Positions 19,374-28,688 of a stretch of DNA of 64,000 bases are shown piece by piece. How positions within the stretch are numbered: position 1 is the first letter of the stretch; the number at the start of each line of letters is the position of its first letter. The stretch comes from Methylobacterium sp. (GTDB lineage Bacteria > Pseudomonadota > Alphaproteobacteria > Rhizobiales > Beijerinckiaceae): positions 8,268 through 72,267 of the forward strand of contig NZ_JAIEOF010000174.1 in NCBI RefSeq assembly GCF_019750675.1, read 5' to 3'. A model generated the notes under the pieces. It worked only from the letters and a program-made list of their open reading frames with translations, had not been told where the DNA came from and searched no databases. The translations under genes and the position numbers were made by a program.

Positions 19374-20582
19374 ATGCCCGAGGCCTTCATCTACGACCAC
19401 GTCCGCACCCCCCGGGGACGCGGCAAGCCGGACGGCGCCCTGCACGAGGTGACGGCGCTTCGCCTCGCCGAGGTGGCCCTACGCGCCCTGAAGGACCGCA
19501 ACGCCCTCGACACGCGCCGCGTCGACGACGTCGTGCTCGGCTGCGTCGATCCGGTGGGCGAGGCCGGCGGCGACATCGCCCGCGCGGCCGCCCTGGTGGC
19601 CGATTACGGCACCCACGTGCCGGGCGTTCAGATCAACCGCTTCTGCGCGTCGGGCCTCGACGCGGTGAACTTCGCCGCCGCGCAGGTCATGGCCGGCCAG
19701 CACGACATGACGGTGGGCGGCGGCGTCGAGTCGATGAGCCGCGTGGGCCTGGGCGCCTCTGGCGGAGCCTGGCCGGTGGACCCGGCCATCGCGATCAAGT
19801 CCTGGTTCATGCCCCAGGGCGTGTCCGCCGATCTCATCGCCTCGAAATACGGCTTCTCCCGCGACGATTGCGACGCCTACGCGGTCGAATCGCAGAAGCG
19901 TTCGGCCGCCTCCTGGGCCGAGGGGCGCTTCGCCGACGCGGTGGTGCCGGTGCGCGACATCAACGGGATCACGCTGCTGGCGCACGACGAGCACATGCGG
20001 CCCTCCACCGACATGCAGTCGCTCGGGCAGCTCAAGGCCTCCTTCGTCCAGATGGGCCAGATGGGCGGCTTCGACGCCGTGGCGATCGACGCGCATCCGG
20101 ACGTCGAGACCGTCAACCACGTCCACCATGCGGGCAACTCGTCGGGCATCGTCGACGGCGCCGCCGCCGTGCTGATCGGATCGCGCGAGGCCGGCGATGC
20201 CGCGGGCCTCAAGCCGCGCGCCCGCATCCGCGCCTTCGCCAATATCGGGTCGGACCCGGCCCTGATGCTCACAGGCCCCGTCGACGTGACGAAGAAGGTT
20301 TTGGCCCGCGCCGGCATGAGCCTGTCCGACATCGACCTGTTCGAGGTCAACGAGGCCTTTGCCGCCGTGGTGCTGCGCTTCCAGCAGGCCTTCGACGTCG
20401 ACCCGGCCCGGATCAACGTCTGCGGCGGCGCCATCGCCATGGGCCACCCTCTGGGCGCCACGGGCGCGATGATCCTCGGCACCGTGCTTGACGAACTGGA
20501 GCGCACCGGCAAGGAGCGCGCCCTCGTCACCCTGTGCATCGGCGCCGGCATGGGCACGGCCACCATCATCGAGCGGGTGTGA
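19374..20582 (+). CDS. Acetyl-CoA C-acyltransferase (thiolase)
   Basis: NRFCASG, GNSSGIVDGAAA, NEAFAA, GHPLGATG, CIGAGMG. Start moved to ATG 19374. Confidence 0.96.
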   Translation: MPEAFIYDHVRTPRGRGKPDGALHEVTALRLAEVALRALKDRNALDTRRVDDVVLGCVDPVGEAGGDIARAAALVADYGTHVPGVQINRFCASGLDAVNFAAAQVMAGQHDMTVGGGVESMSRVGLGASGGAWPVDPAIAIKSWFMPQGVSADLIASKYGFSRDDCDAYAVESQKRSAASWAEGRFADAVVPVRDINGITLLAHDEHMRPSTDMQSLGQLKASFVQMGQMGGFDAVAIDAHPDVETVNHVHHAGNSSGIVDGAAAVLIGSREAGDAAGLKPRARIRAFANIGSDPALMLTGPVDVTKKVLARAGMSLSDIDLFEVNEAFAAVVLRFQQAFDVDPARINVCGGAIAMGHPLGATGAMILGTVLDELERTGKERALVTLCIGAGMGTATIIERV

Positions 20583-20682
20583 GGTCGGGTCGCCTCCCCA
20601 TCCCTCTGGCAATGGGGTAGACGGCGGCGCCCGCCGTCGCCCGGCGGTGGGCTCACAAGAAGACTTTCGAGGATACGCCACG

Positions 20683-21183
20683 ATGACGCGCCTGCTCGCC
20701 ACCCTCTGCCTGACCACGGCCCTGTGCCTGCCGATCGCCGCCCGCGCCGACGACATGGCCGACCGGATCGCCACGGCCAAGGACCTCGTCCAGAAGACGA
20801 CGCTGAAGAACCTCGAGGTCGGGTTCACCGGCGCCCTCGAGAAGACGGTCGCGCCGATGAAGGAGGACAAGGCCGAGGCGGTGCGCAAGGAGATCCGCGC
20901 CGAGTTCGACAAGCAGCGCGAGACCATGCTCGACGGCCTGTCGAAGGCCTATGCGGAGAAGTTCAGCCTCGACGAGCTGAAGCACCTCGCCGACATCTAT
21001 GGCGACAAGACCTACCAGAAGTTCCAGACGATCAACGCCGATCCGGCCTCCACCGTCACGGCGGTCTCCCAGGCCTCGGTGACCAAGCTCCTCAACATGC
21101 TGGCGATCGCGGCGGCCGGCGACTCGGTGGCCAACGGCGCTCCGGGCGCGCCCGGCGCCCCGATGCCGATGCCGGCGCGCTGA
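20683..21183 (+). CDS. Exported helical protein, DUF2059-like
   Basis: Signal peptide MTRLLATLCLTTALCLPIAARA; YAEKFSLDELKHLADIY resembles the DUF2059 core. Confidence 0.7.
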   Translation: MTRLLATLCLTTALCLPIAARADDMADRIATAKDLVQKTTLKNLEVGFTGALEKTVAPMKEDKAEAVRKEIRAEFDKQRETMLDGLSKAYAEKFSLDELKHLADIYGDKTYQKFQTINADPASTVTAVSQASVTKLLNMLAIAAAGDSVANGAPGAPGAPMPMPAR

Positions 21184-21213
21184 GGCGGTTCGGCGGGCGC
21201 TCCGATGGCCGTT

Positions 21214-21999
21214 TCAAGCCACCAGCGCGTGGTCGTACCCGCCCGCCGGGAAGCCCGTCACCGGCGGGAGCGCCTCCAGGCGCGGCTTGGCGAAGTGGTA
21301 GCCCTGGAACAGGGTCGCGCCGAGGCCGCGCAGGGTGTCCAGCTCGGCGGCCGTCTCGACCCCCTCGGCGATCACCGCGATGCCGAGCGAGCCGGCGATG
21401 CCGATGATGCCCGCCACGATGACCTGGCGGCGTTGGTCGGTGTCGATGCCGCGCAGGAGGTCCATGTCGATCTTGATGAGGTCCGGCTGGAAGTTCGCCA
21501 GCAGGCTCAAGCCCGCGAATCCCGCGCCGAAATCGTCGAGCGCCGTCAGGAAGCCCTGACGGCGATACTCGGAGACGATGCGCGAGACGTGGGCGGTGTC
21601 GCGGAACTTCTCGTTCTCGGTGAACTCGAACATGATCCGGTCGTGCGCGAAGCCTGCCTTGCGCGCCGCCTCCAGGGACGAGCGGATGCAGGCCGCCGGT
21701 TCATAGACGGCGTTCGGCATGAAGTTGATCGACAGGCGCGTCGCGTCGTCGGCGGGAAAGAGGCGTCCGGCGAGCTCGATCGCCTTCACCCGCGCCGCCT
21801 GGTCGAACCGGTAGACCGTCTCCGGGGTCACGCGCCCGAGGATGGAGGCGGCGGATTCGCCGCCCGTGCCGCGCACGAGGGCCTCGTAGCCCCAGACCCG
21901 GCTCTCGGCCAGATCGAGGATCGGCTGGAAGGCCATCGTGAAGGTGAAGTCGAGTTCGGCGCCATCGCGGCAGCCCTGGCAGCCGATCCGTCCGGTCAT
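21214..21999 (-). CDS. Stand-alone EAL-domain c-di-GMP phosphodiesterase
   Basis: AFQPI, GYEALVR, INFMP, FEFTE, LDDFGAG, IKID, EGVE, FQGY; N-terminal CQGC. Start moved to ATG 21999. Confidence 0.92.
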   Translation of the reverse strand: MTGRIGCQGCRDGAELDFTFTMAFQPILDLAESRVWGYEALVRGTGGESAASILGRVTPETVYRFDQAARVKAIELAGRLFPADDATRLSINFMPNAVYEPAACIRSSLEAARKAGFAHDRIMFEFTENEKFRDTAHVSRIVSEYRRQGFLTALDDFGAGFAGLSLLANFQPDLIKIDMDLLRGIDTDQRRQVIVAGIIGIAGSLGIAVIAEGVETAAELDTLRGLGATLFQGYHFAKPRLEALPPVTGFPAGGYDHALVA

Positions 22000-22056
22000 G
22001 GTCTTGTCCTGTCGCAGCGATGTGCTTCCTGGCAATCCGGGATGCACACGCAAGTT

Positions 22057-22071
22057 TTGAGATTGGCTTAA
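22057..22071. promoter_or_regulatory. CtrA box candidate between the EAL gene and fadB
   Basis: TTGA-GATTGGC-TTAA (1 mismatch to TTAA-N7-TTAA). Confidence 0.45.
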
Positions 22072-22116
22072 GCGCTTCCGCCGAAGCCCTAACCGCCGCC
22101 AACCCGAGGATCAGCG

Positions 22117-24318
22117 ATGAATCTCACAAATTTCCGTCTTGAGACCGATGCCGACGGGATCGCGCTGGCGACCTGGGACATGCCGGGCCGTTCCATGAAC
22201 GTCTTCACGGACGCGGTCATGGACGAGCTCGGACAAGTGGTCGACGCCGTGGTGGCGGACGCAGGCATCAAGGGCTGCGTCATCGTCTCCGGCAAGGAAA
22301 ACTTTTCCGGCGGCGCCGACCTGACGATGCTTCAGGGCCTCGGCCGCGCCTACGAGTCGCTCAAGGCCGAGCGCGGCGAGGAGGAGGCGATGCGCCACTT
22401 CTTCGAGGAGTCGCGCAAGCTCACCCTGGTGTTCCGCAAGCTCGAGACCTGCGGCAAGCCCTTCGCGGCGGCCGTGCACGGCATCTGCCTCGGCGGCGCC
22501 TTCGAACTCGCGCTGTCCTGCCATTACCGGGTGCTCTCGGACGACCCGAAGACCCGCGTCGGCCTGCCCGAGATCAAGGTCGGCCTGTTCCCGGGCGGCG
22601 GCGGCACACAGCGCGTCGCGCGCCTGATGCAGACGGGCGACGCCCTGCAGATGCTGTTCAAGGGCGAGCAGATCCGCCCCATGATGGCCCGGAACATGGG
22701 CCTCGTGCACGAGGTCGCGGGCCGGGACGAGATGGTCGCCAAGGCCAAGGCCTGGATCGCGGCCGGCGGCTCGGCCGTGGCACCCTGGGACCAGCCGAAG
22801 TTCAAGGCACCGTCCGGCAAGGTCTATTCGCCGGCCGGCATGATGATCTGGCCGCCAGCCAACGCCATCTACCGGCGTGAGACGCACGACAACTACCCCG
22901 CCGCCAAGGCGATCCTGGCCTCGGTCTATGAGGGCTTGCAGCTGCCCATGGACCAGGCCCTGCGCGTCGAGAGCCGCTACTTCGCCCATATCCTGCGCAC
23001 CAAGGAGGCGGCGGCGATGATCCGCACGCTGTTCCTCTCCATGGGCGAACTGAACAAGGGCGCGCGCCGGCCGAAGGACGTGCCGGCCACCAAGGTCAGC
23101 CGCGTGGGCGTCGTGGGCGCCGGCTTCATGGGCGCGGGCGTCGCCTATGTCAGCGCCAATGCGGGCATGGAGGTCGTCCTCGTCGACCAGTCCCTGGAGG
23201 CCGCCGAGAAGGGCAAGGCCTACGCCCACAAGCTCGTCACCGACCAGATCAACAAGGGCCGGGCCAAGACCGCCGACCGCGACGCCCTGCTCGCCCGCAT
23301 CACCACGAGCGCCGACTACGCCGATCTCGGCGCCTGCGACCTCGTCATCGAGGCGGTGTTCGAGGATCCGAAAGTGAAGGCCGAGGTCATCGCCAAGGTC
23401 GAGGCCGTGATCCGGCCGGAGACGATCTTCGCCTCCAACACCTCCACCCTGCCGATCACGGGCTTGGCCGAGACCTCGGCCCGGCCGGAGCAGTTCGTCG
23501 GCATTCACTTCTTCTCGCCGGTGGAGAAGATGATGCTCGTCGAGATCATCAAGGGCGACCGGACCGGCGACGCGGCGCTGGCCACCGCCCTCGACTACGT
23601 CCGGGCGATCAAGAAGACCCCGATCGTGGTCAACGACGCGCGCGGCTTCTTCGCCAACCGCTGCGTCGGCGCCTACCTGCTCGAGGGCCACAAGATGCTG
23701 AACGAGGGCATCCCGGCGGCGATGATCGAGAATGCCGGCCGCCAGGCGGGCATGCCGGTCGGCCCGCTCTCGCTCACCGACGAGGTCGCGGTCGACCTCG
23801 CCCTGAAGATCGTCAAGGCGACCGAGGCGCAACTCGGTGCCGAGAGCATCGACCCGGCCCAGAAGGCGCTGCTCACCACCCTCGTCGAGGGCGAGGGCCG
23901 GCTCGGCCGCAAGAACAAGAAGGGCTTCTACGATTACCCCGAGGGTGCGCCCAAGCGCCTGTGGCCCGGCCTCGCCGGCCTCCAGGCGACCAAGGTCGAT
24001 CCCGACGCGGTGGACTTCACCGAGTTGAAGCAGCGTCTCCTCGTGGTGCAGGCCCTGGAGGCCGCCCGCACCGTCGGCGAGGGCGTGGTCACCGATCCCC
24101 GCGAGGCGGATGTCGGCTCGATCCTCGGCTTCGGCTTCGCGCCCTTCACGGGCGGCGCCCTGTCGTACATCGACTTCATGGGCGCGCAGGCCTTCGTGAA
24201 CCTGGCGCAAGGCCTGGAGGCCAAGCACGGCCCCCGCTTCGCCGTGCCCGATAACCTCCTCGACATGGCCGCGCGCGGGGGGACGTTCTACGGCGACGCG
24301 GCCCGCAAGGCGGCCTGA
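22117..24318 (+). CDS. fadB: Multifunctional enoyl-CoA hydratase / 3-hydroxyacyl-CoA dehydrogenase (FadB/FadJ type)
   Basis: Crotonase motifs GGAFELAL and GLPEIKVGLFPGGGG; dehydrogenase motifs VGAGFMG, IEAVFED, SNTSTL, HFFSP. Confidence 0.93.
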   Translation: MNLTNFRLETDADGIALATWDMPGRSMNVFTDAVMDELGQVVDAVVADAGIKGCVIVSGKENFSGGADLTMLQGLGRAYESLKAERGEEEAMRHFFEESRKLTLVFRKLETCGKPFAAAVHGICLGGAFELALSCHYRVLSDDPKTRVGLPEIKVGLFPGGGGTQRVARLMQTGDALQMLFKGEQIRPMMARNMGLVHEVAGRDEMVAKAKAWIAAGGSAVAPWDQPKFKAPSGKVYSPAGMMIWPPANAIYRRETHDNYPAAKAILASVYEGLQLPMDQALRVESRYFAHILRTKEAAAMIRTLFLSMGELNKGARRPKDVPATKVSRVGVVGAGFMGAGVAYVSANAGMEVVLVDQSLEAAEKGKAYAHKLVTDQINKGRAKTADRDALLARITTSADYADLGACDLVIEAVFEDPKVKAEVIAKVEAVIRPETIFASNTSTLPITGLAETSARPEQFVGIHFFSPVEKMMLVEIIKGDRTGDAALATALDYVRAIKKTPIVVNDARGFFANRCVGAYLLEGHKMLNEGIPAAMIENAGRQAGMPVGPLSLTDEVAVDLALKIVKATEAQLGAESIDPAQKALLTTLVEGEGRLGRKNKKGFYDYPEGAPKRLWPGLAGLQATKVDPDAVDFTELKQRLLVVQALEAARTVGEGVVTDPREADVGSILGFGFAPFTGGALSYIDFMGAQAFVNLAQGLEAKHGPRFAVPDNLLDMAARGGTFYGDAARKAA

Positions 24319-24347
24319 CCCGGAGCGTCGATCCGACGGCGAGACCA

Positions 24348-24380
24348 GGGCCCCTCTCCCCCGCGCGGAGAGAGGGGCCC
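24348..24380. repeat. REP-like hairpin
   Basis: GGGCCCCTCTC-ccccgcgcgga-GAGAGGGGCCC; same CCCTCTC/GAGAGGG family as 19224. Confidence 0.75.
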
Positions 24381-24450
24381 GATGCGTTTTCGCCGGCCTT
24401 CGTCATACGATTTCCGGGTGATGGCTTCGGCCTGCTTGAGCGCGACGCGC

Positions 24451-24473
24451 TCCCTCTCCTTTCAGGAGAGGGG
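24451..24473. repeat. REP-like hairpin
   Basis: TCCCTCTCCT-ttc-AGGAGAGGGA. Confidence 0.75.
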
Positions 24474-24537
24474 ACCCGCGCCAGAACCCGAACGATTCAG
24501 CCGGAAAACGTCTCAGGCCAGGGTCGCGCGGAAAACC

Positions 24538-27500
24538 TCAGCGCTCCGTCTCGGGCGGTAGCGTCGCGCCCGTGACGCCGTCGTTGCCGCCGCCCGCGCT
24601 GAAGAGCTTGCGCAGGATGCCGGGGGCGAGGGCCGAGAGCGGGTTCACGCTGACATCCGGCTTCGAGAGCCGGCCCGAGACCCGGAAGTTCAGGGCGAAC
24701 AGGCCCTCGTTGCGGCCGCCCCCGAGGAGCTGGCCCAGGATCGGCAACTGCGAGACGACGTTGTTCAGGCCGTAGAGCGGCACGAAGGTGCCGTTGATGT
24801 CGGTGCGTTCTTTGGCGGTGTCGAGGAAGCCCGTCATCGTGAAACCCATGGCGGGGTTGGAGATCGCGGCGTCGCTGATGTCGATCCGGGTGCCGGTGCG
24901 GGTGAAGATCGCCCGCAGGCGGTCGAACTCGACGTCGTTGCCGGCATTCTGCACCACGTACTTGCGGCCCCGCGCGTCCACCGCCTCGCTGGTGGCCGGC
25001 CCCTGCGCCACGATGCTCGACAGGGCGGGCTCGTTGCGCAGGACGAAGTTGCGGATCTGGACGGAGCCCGGTTGCGGGCCGTCGCTGAGCGCGCTCGTCA
25101 TGATGAGCTTGCCGCCATACATGCGCTTGTAGATGTCGGCGAAGCGCAGGGTCGAGCCGGCATCGAGGGTCTCGATGGTGATGGTCGCGGCGCCGCGCTC
25201 GGCGTGCGTGACCTGGGCGCTGAAGGGCGCGCCGGTAAACTTGCCCTGCAGGCGGCCGCTGCGGATGTCGCGACCGCGCAAGGACACCTTGGCGCTGGCA
25301 TTGGTCAGGGCCTCGCCGTTGAAGCCCGTGAGGATGCCGAGGCTCACGTCCGCGTCGATGTCCTTCGGGTTGCCGTCCCGGCCGCCCTTGCCCTCCGGCC
25401 CGGTCAGCCCGCGCAGGAAGGGACGCGCGTCGCCCACCGCGCCCTTCACCGAGACCCGGTAGCCGTTGCCGCTGCGCTCCGCCTGCACGCGCATGTCGTC
25501 GCCGGGCGAAAGCTTCAGGGTGGTGAGATCCGCGCGCTCGAAGCCGCCCTCCCCGCTCAGGCTGGCGCTGCCGCGTACCGTGACGGGCGCGGCGTCCAGG
25601 CTGAGGTCGCGCAGGTCGAGGCCGCCATTCGCGCTCTCCACCACCGTGAAGCTCGCGCGGCCGGGCTTGCCGGCCGTCTTGGCGAAGCCGGGTAGAAGCC
25701 CGTCGCTGGCGGCGCGGACGAGGTCCGCCTCGACGCGGATCGGCGGCTTGCCCCCGCGCCCGAACGGCACGTTGATCCGGACCGGAATGATGCCGGAGAG
25801 CTGCGGCGCGACGGGCAGGCCCTTGCGCGCCCGCAGGGCCTCGTCGAGGGCCAGCGATACGTTGAGCTCGCCCGGCGCCCCGGCCTTGGGCTGGCGCAGG
25901 TCCACCGTCAGGGGCGAACCCATCACGCGCGCGTCGCCCTTCAGGGTGAACGCGCCCCGGTCGTACGAGACCGCGAAGCGGCCGGCCTCCAGGCGCTCCT
26001 TGCCGAAGGCCTTGTCCATGGCGATGTCGGTGAGCGTGCCCGAGATGACGACGGGCAGCTCGGCCAGGTCCGGGATGTGCTTGAGGTTCAGGGGAAAGTC
26101 GATGCGCAGGTCGGCGCTGCCCTTCACCGCCGCCGGATCGAGATCGACCCCGGTCAGGCTCTTGAACATCTTCGTCTGCAGCATCGAGACCAGGGCATCG
26201 GCCCCGCCGCCGAGGCGCAGGCCGATCTGGGCCACCACCGAATCCGGAGCGATCTTCGGGATCACGAAGGACCCGTCCGCGATCGAGAGGGTGCGGTTGT
26301 CCGGCATCCGCAGGTCGGCGGTGACGTTGCGGATCGTGGTGGTCTGCCCGGTGATGGTGCCGGTCACCCGGCCCTTGGTGAGGGGCGGCGCGTCGGGCGC
26401 CACCGCCAGGGTGGCGTCCGAGACCGTGAAGTCGATGCGCACGGCGTTGTCGGGCATCGGCTCGCCCCGCGTCGCGGCGGCGAGTTCGGGGCCGCTCATG
26501 TCCACCGTGATGTCGACGGTTTCTGCGATGCCGGAGCGCAGGTTGTCCACGAGGTAGTTGCGCGCGGGCGGCGCCACGTGCTCCGGCCAGAGTCGCAGGG
26601 CGAGGCGCGCCCCCGTGCGGGCGGCGACGATCCGCAGGGTGAGGCCGTCATCGTCGGCGGCGGTGCCCAGCGTGCCGGTGATCTGCCCGCTGGCGGCACC
26701 CGCCTTCACGGTGAAGTCGTCGATGACGACGCCGCCGGCCTTGCCAGTGAGATGGGCCGAGACCGCGTCGAGGGTGACGGGTTGGTCCGCCGCGTTAGCG
26801 CCGCGCAGCACCGCGTTCTCGCCCGCGAGCTGCAGCGTCCAGGCGGCGTCCGAGCCGGAGGCGCCGGCGAGCCAGGTGCCTGTCAGATGTACGGCGTTGC
26901 CGGCGCCGTGATAGTCGAGGCCGTCGAGCCGCATCGCCCGCTTGCCCTCGTCCCAACTCACCAGGGCCTTCAGGCTGTCGATGGTGACGGGGTTGAAGTC
27001 CTTTTCCTCGATGAGGACGTTGCCGCCGCCCGTGCCGATCTCGGCCGTCATGGTCTCGATGCGGCCGGCATCGATGGCGACCTCCGCCTTGGCGGAGAGC
27101 TTCAGATCGGTCTCCACCGGCAGCTTCGACTGTCCGGACAGGAGCAGCAGATCGGTGATCGGCAGGTCGTCGAGGGTGATCGTGCCGGTGCGGCGGGTGC
27201 CGCCGGCCTCGTGCAGGGTGCCGCCGAAGCGCCACTCGCCGTGGGGTCCGTCGATGCGCAGCTCGAACACCCGGGCGTCCCGGGTGGCATCGCGCCGGAA
27301 CAGGCCGTTGACGTGCTCGAAGACCGCGCGCTGGCGGGCATCGTCGTCGATCAGGGTCAGGCGCCCGTTGGTGATCCGGGCCCGGTCGAGGGCTCCCACG
27401 ATGCCGGCGGAATCGAGCACCACCCCGAAGATCGAGGCGACGCTCGCCGAGATCGGCGAGACCTTGCCGAGCGCCGCGTCCACGCTCGGCAGGGTGTGGG

Positions 27501-27978
27501 GCTGGACGGTTCCGGCCTGCTGGGTGTCGGAGGCCGCGAAGGCGATGCTGCCGTCACGGTGCACCAGGGCGGTCATCTGGAGGTCGCGGAACTCGATGGC
27601 GCGGGGCTTCACCACGAGGCGCAGGAGCCCCCAGGTGTCGAGGCTCACCACGGCCTGGGGCGCGCGCACCACGAGGGCGCCCTCCGGGTTGCGGATGTCG
27701 AGCCCGGCCACCCGGAGGGCCAGGGATTGCTCGGAGTCGATCTCGACGGCGCTGTCGCTGAGCGCGACGCGCCAGCCCGGGCCGATGCTGCCCGCGATGG
27801 CCGCGGCGACCCGCTCCGACATGCCGTCGATGCGCAAGGGCCCGGAGCTGAGGCGCGCGATGAGACCGCCGACGGCGAGGACGAGACCGAGCACGATTGC
27901 CGCCGCGATCCAGAGCAGCGGACGCCGCCGCGCGGCCGGCCGCGCGGGTCCCAAACCTGTGGCCGTTTCCTGGTCCAT
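24538..27978 (-). CDS. AsmA-like / YhdP (DUF3971 + AsmA_2) envelope protein
   Basis: N-terminal TM then RLSSGPL, long beta-rich body, C-terminal GTFVPLYGLNN...GGRNEGLFALNFRVSG...VNPLSALAPGILRKLF. ATG at 27978. Confidence 0.88.
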   Translation of the reverse strand: MDQETATGLGPARPAARRRPLLWIAAAIVLGLVLAVGGLIARLSSGPLRIDGMSERVAAAIAGSIGPGWRVALSDSAVEIDSEQSLALRVAGLDIRNPEGALVVRAPQAVVSLDTWGLLRLVVKPRAIEFRDLQMTALVHRDGSIAFAASDTQQAGTVQPHTLPSVDAALGKVSPISASVASIFGVVLDSAGIVGALDRARITNGRLTLIDDDARQRAVFEHVNGLFRRDATRDARVFELRIDGPHGEWRFGGTLHEAGGTRRTGTITLDDLPITDLLLLSGQSKLPVETDLKLSAKAEVAIDAGRIETMTAEIGTGGGNVLIEEKDFNPVTIDSLKALVSWDEGKRAMRLDGLDYHGAGNAVHLTGTWLAGASGSDAAWTLQLAGENAVLRGANAADQPVTLDAVSAHLTGKAGGVVIDDFTVKAGAASGQITGTLGTAADDDGLTLRIVAARTGARLALRLWPEHVAPPARNYLVDNLRSGIAETVDITVDMSGPELAAATRGEPMPDNAVRIDFTVSDATLAVAPDAPPLTKGRVTGTITGQTTTIRNVTADLRMPDNRTLSIADGSFVIPKIAPDSVVAQIGLRLGGGADALVSMLQTKMFKSLTGVDLDPAAVKGSADLRIDFPLNLKHIPDLAELPVVISGTLTDIAMDKAFGKERLEAGRFAVSYDRGAFTLKGDARVMGSPLTVDLRQPKAGAPGELNVSLALDEALRARKGLPVAPQLSGIIPVRINVPFGRGGKPPIRVEADLVRAASDGLLPGFAKTAGKPGRASFTVVESANGGLDLRDLSLDAAPVTVRGSASLSGEGGFERADLTTLKLSPGDDMRVQAERSGNGYRVSVKGAVGDARPFLRGLTGPEGKGGRDGNPKDIDADVSLGILTGFNGEALTNASAKVSLRGRDIRSGRLQGKFTGAPFSAQVTHAERGAATITIETLDAGSTLRFADIYKRMYGGKLIMTSALSDGPQPGSVQIRNFVLRNEPALSSIVAQGPATSEAVDARGRKYVVQNAGNDVEFDRLRAIFTRTGTRIDISDAAISNPAMGFTMTGFLDTAKERTDINGTFVPLYGLNNVVSQLPILGQLLGGGRNEGLFALNFRVSGRLSKPDVSVNPLSALAPGILRKLFSAGGGNDGVTGATLPPETER

Positions 27979-28132
27979 CAATCCTTGTGCCGCTGGATCG
28001 GAACGTCCCCTCGGGCTATCGAGCGGCTGTCCTTGAGGGTTTCAGCTTCCGGTACCGTTCGTTCGTCGCGGGCGGTCGGCCTCGCCACGGCGCACCTCCA
28101 GAGGCACACTATCAATCGGCCGAAAGGAAGGC

Positions 28133-28630
28133 ATGATGCCCCTCGATACCGGAGATCAGGCTCCCGACTTCACCCTGGCGGGTGCCGGCGGGGAAACCAT
28201 CAGCCTCGCCGCCCTGAAGGGCCGCAAGGCCGTGCTCTACTTCTACCCCAAGGACGACACGAGCGGTTGTACCCTGGAGGCGCAGGGCTTCAACGCCCTC
28301 GGCCCCGACTTCGCGGCGGCTGACGCCTTCGTGATCGGGGTCTCGCCGGATTCCGTGAAGAGCCACGACAAGTTCCGGGCGAAGTACGGTCTCACCTTCC
28401 CGCTCGCCTCCGACGAGGGCAAGGCGATGCTCGAGGCCTACGGGGTCTGGGTCGAGAAGAGCATGTACGGGCGCAAGTACATGGGCGTGGAGCGCACCAC
28501 CCTGCTGCTCGACCGCGAGGGACGCATCGCCCGGATCTGGCCGAAGGTGAAGGTGCCGGGCCACGCCGAGGAGGTCCTGGCCGCCGCGCGCACTTCCCTG
28601 AAACGCGGTCGCCGGATGGTTATGGATTGA
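28133..28630 (+). CDS. bcp: Peroxiredoxin BCP/PrxQ (single Cys)
   Basis: LYFYPKDDTSGCTLEA, GVSPDS, SMYGRKYMGVERTT. Confidence 0.95.
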   Translation: MMPLDTGDQAPDFTLAGAGGETISLAALKGRKAVLYFYPKDDTSGCTLEAQGFNALGPDFAAADAFVIGVSPDSVKSHDKFRAKYGLTFPLASDEGKAMLEAYGVWVEKSMYGRKYMGVERTTLLLDREGRIARIWPKVKVPGHAEEVLAAARTSLKRGRRMVMD

Positions 28631-28688
28631 AGCCCTCCCGGCCGTTCGTTTGGCGGTTCGTTAACCCTGATCCCGGCAAGGTGGCCCG

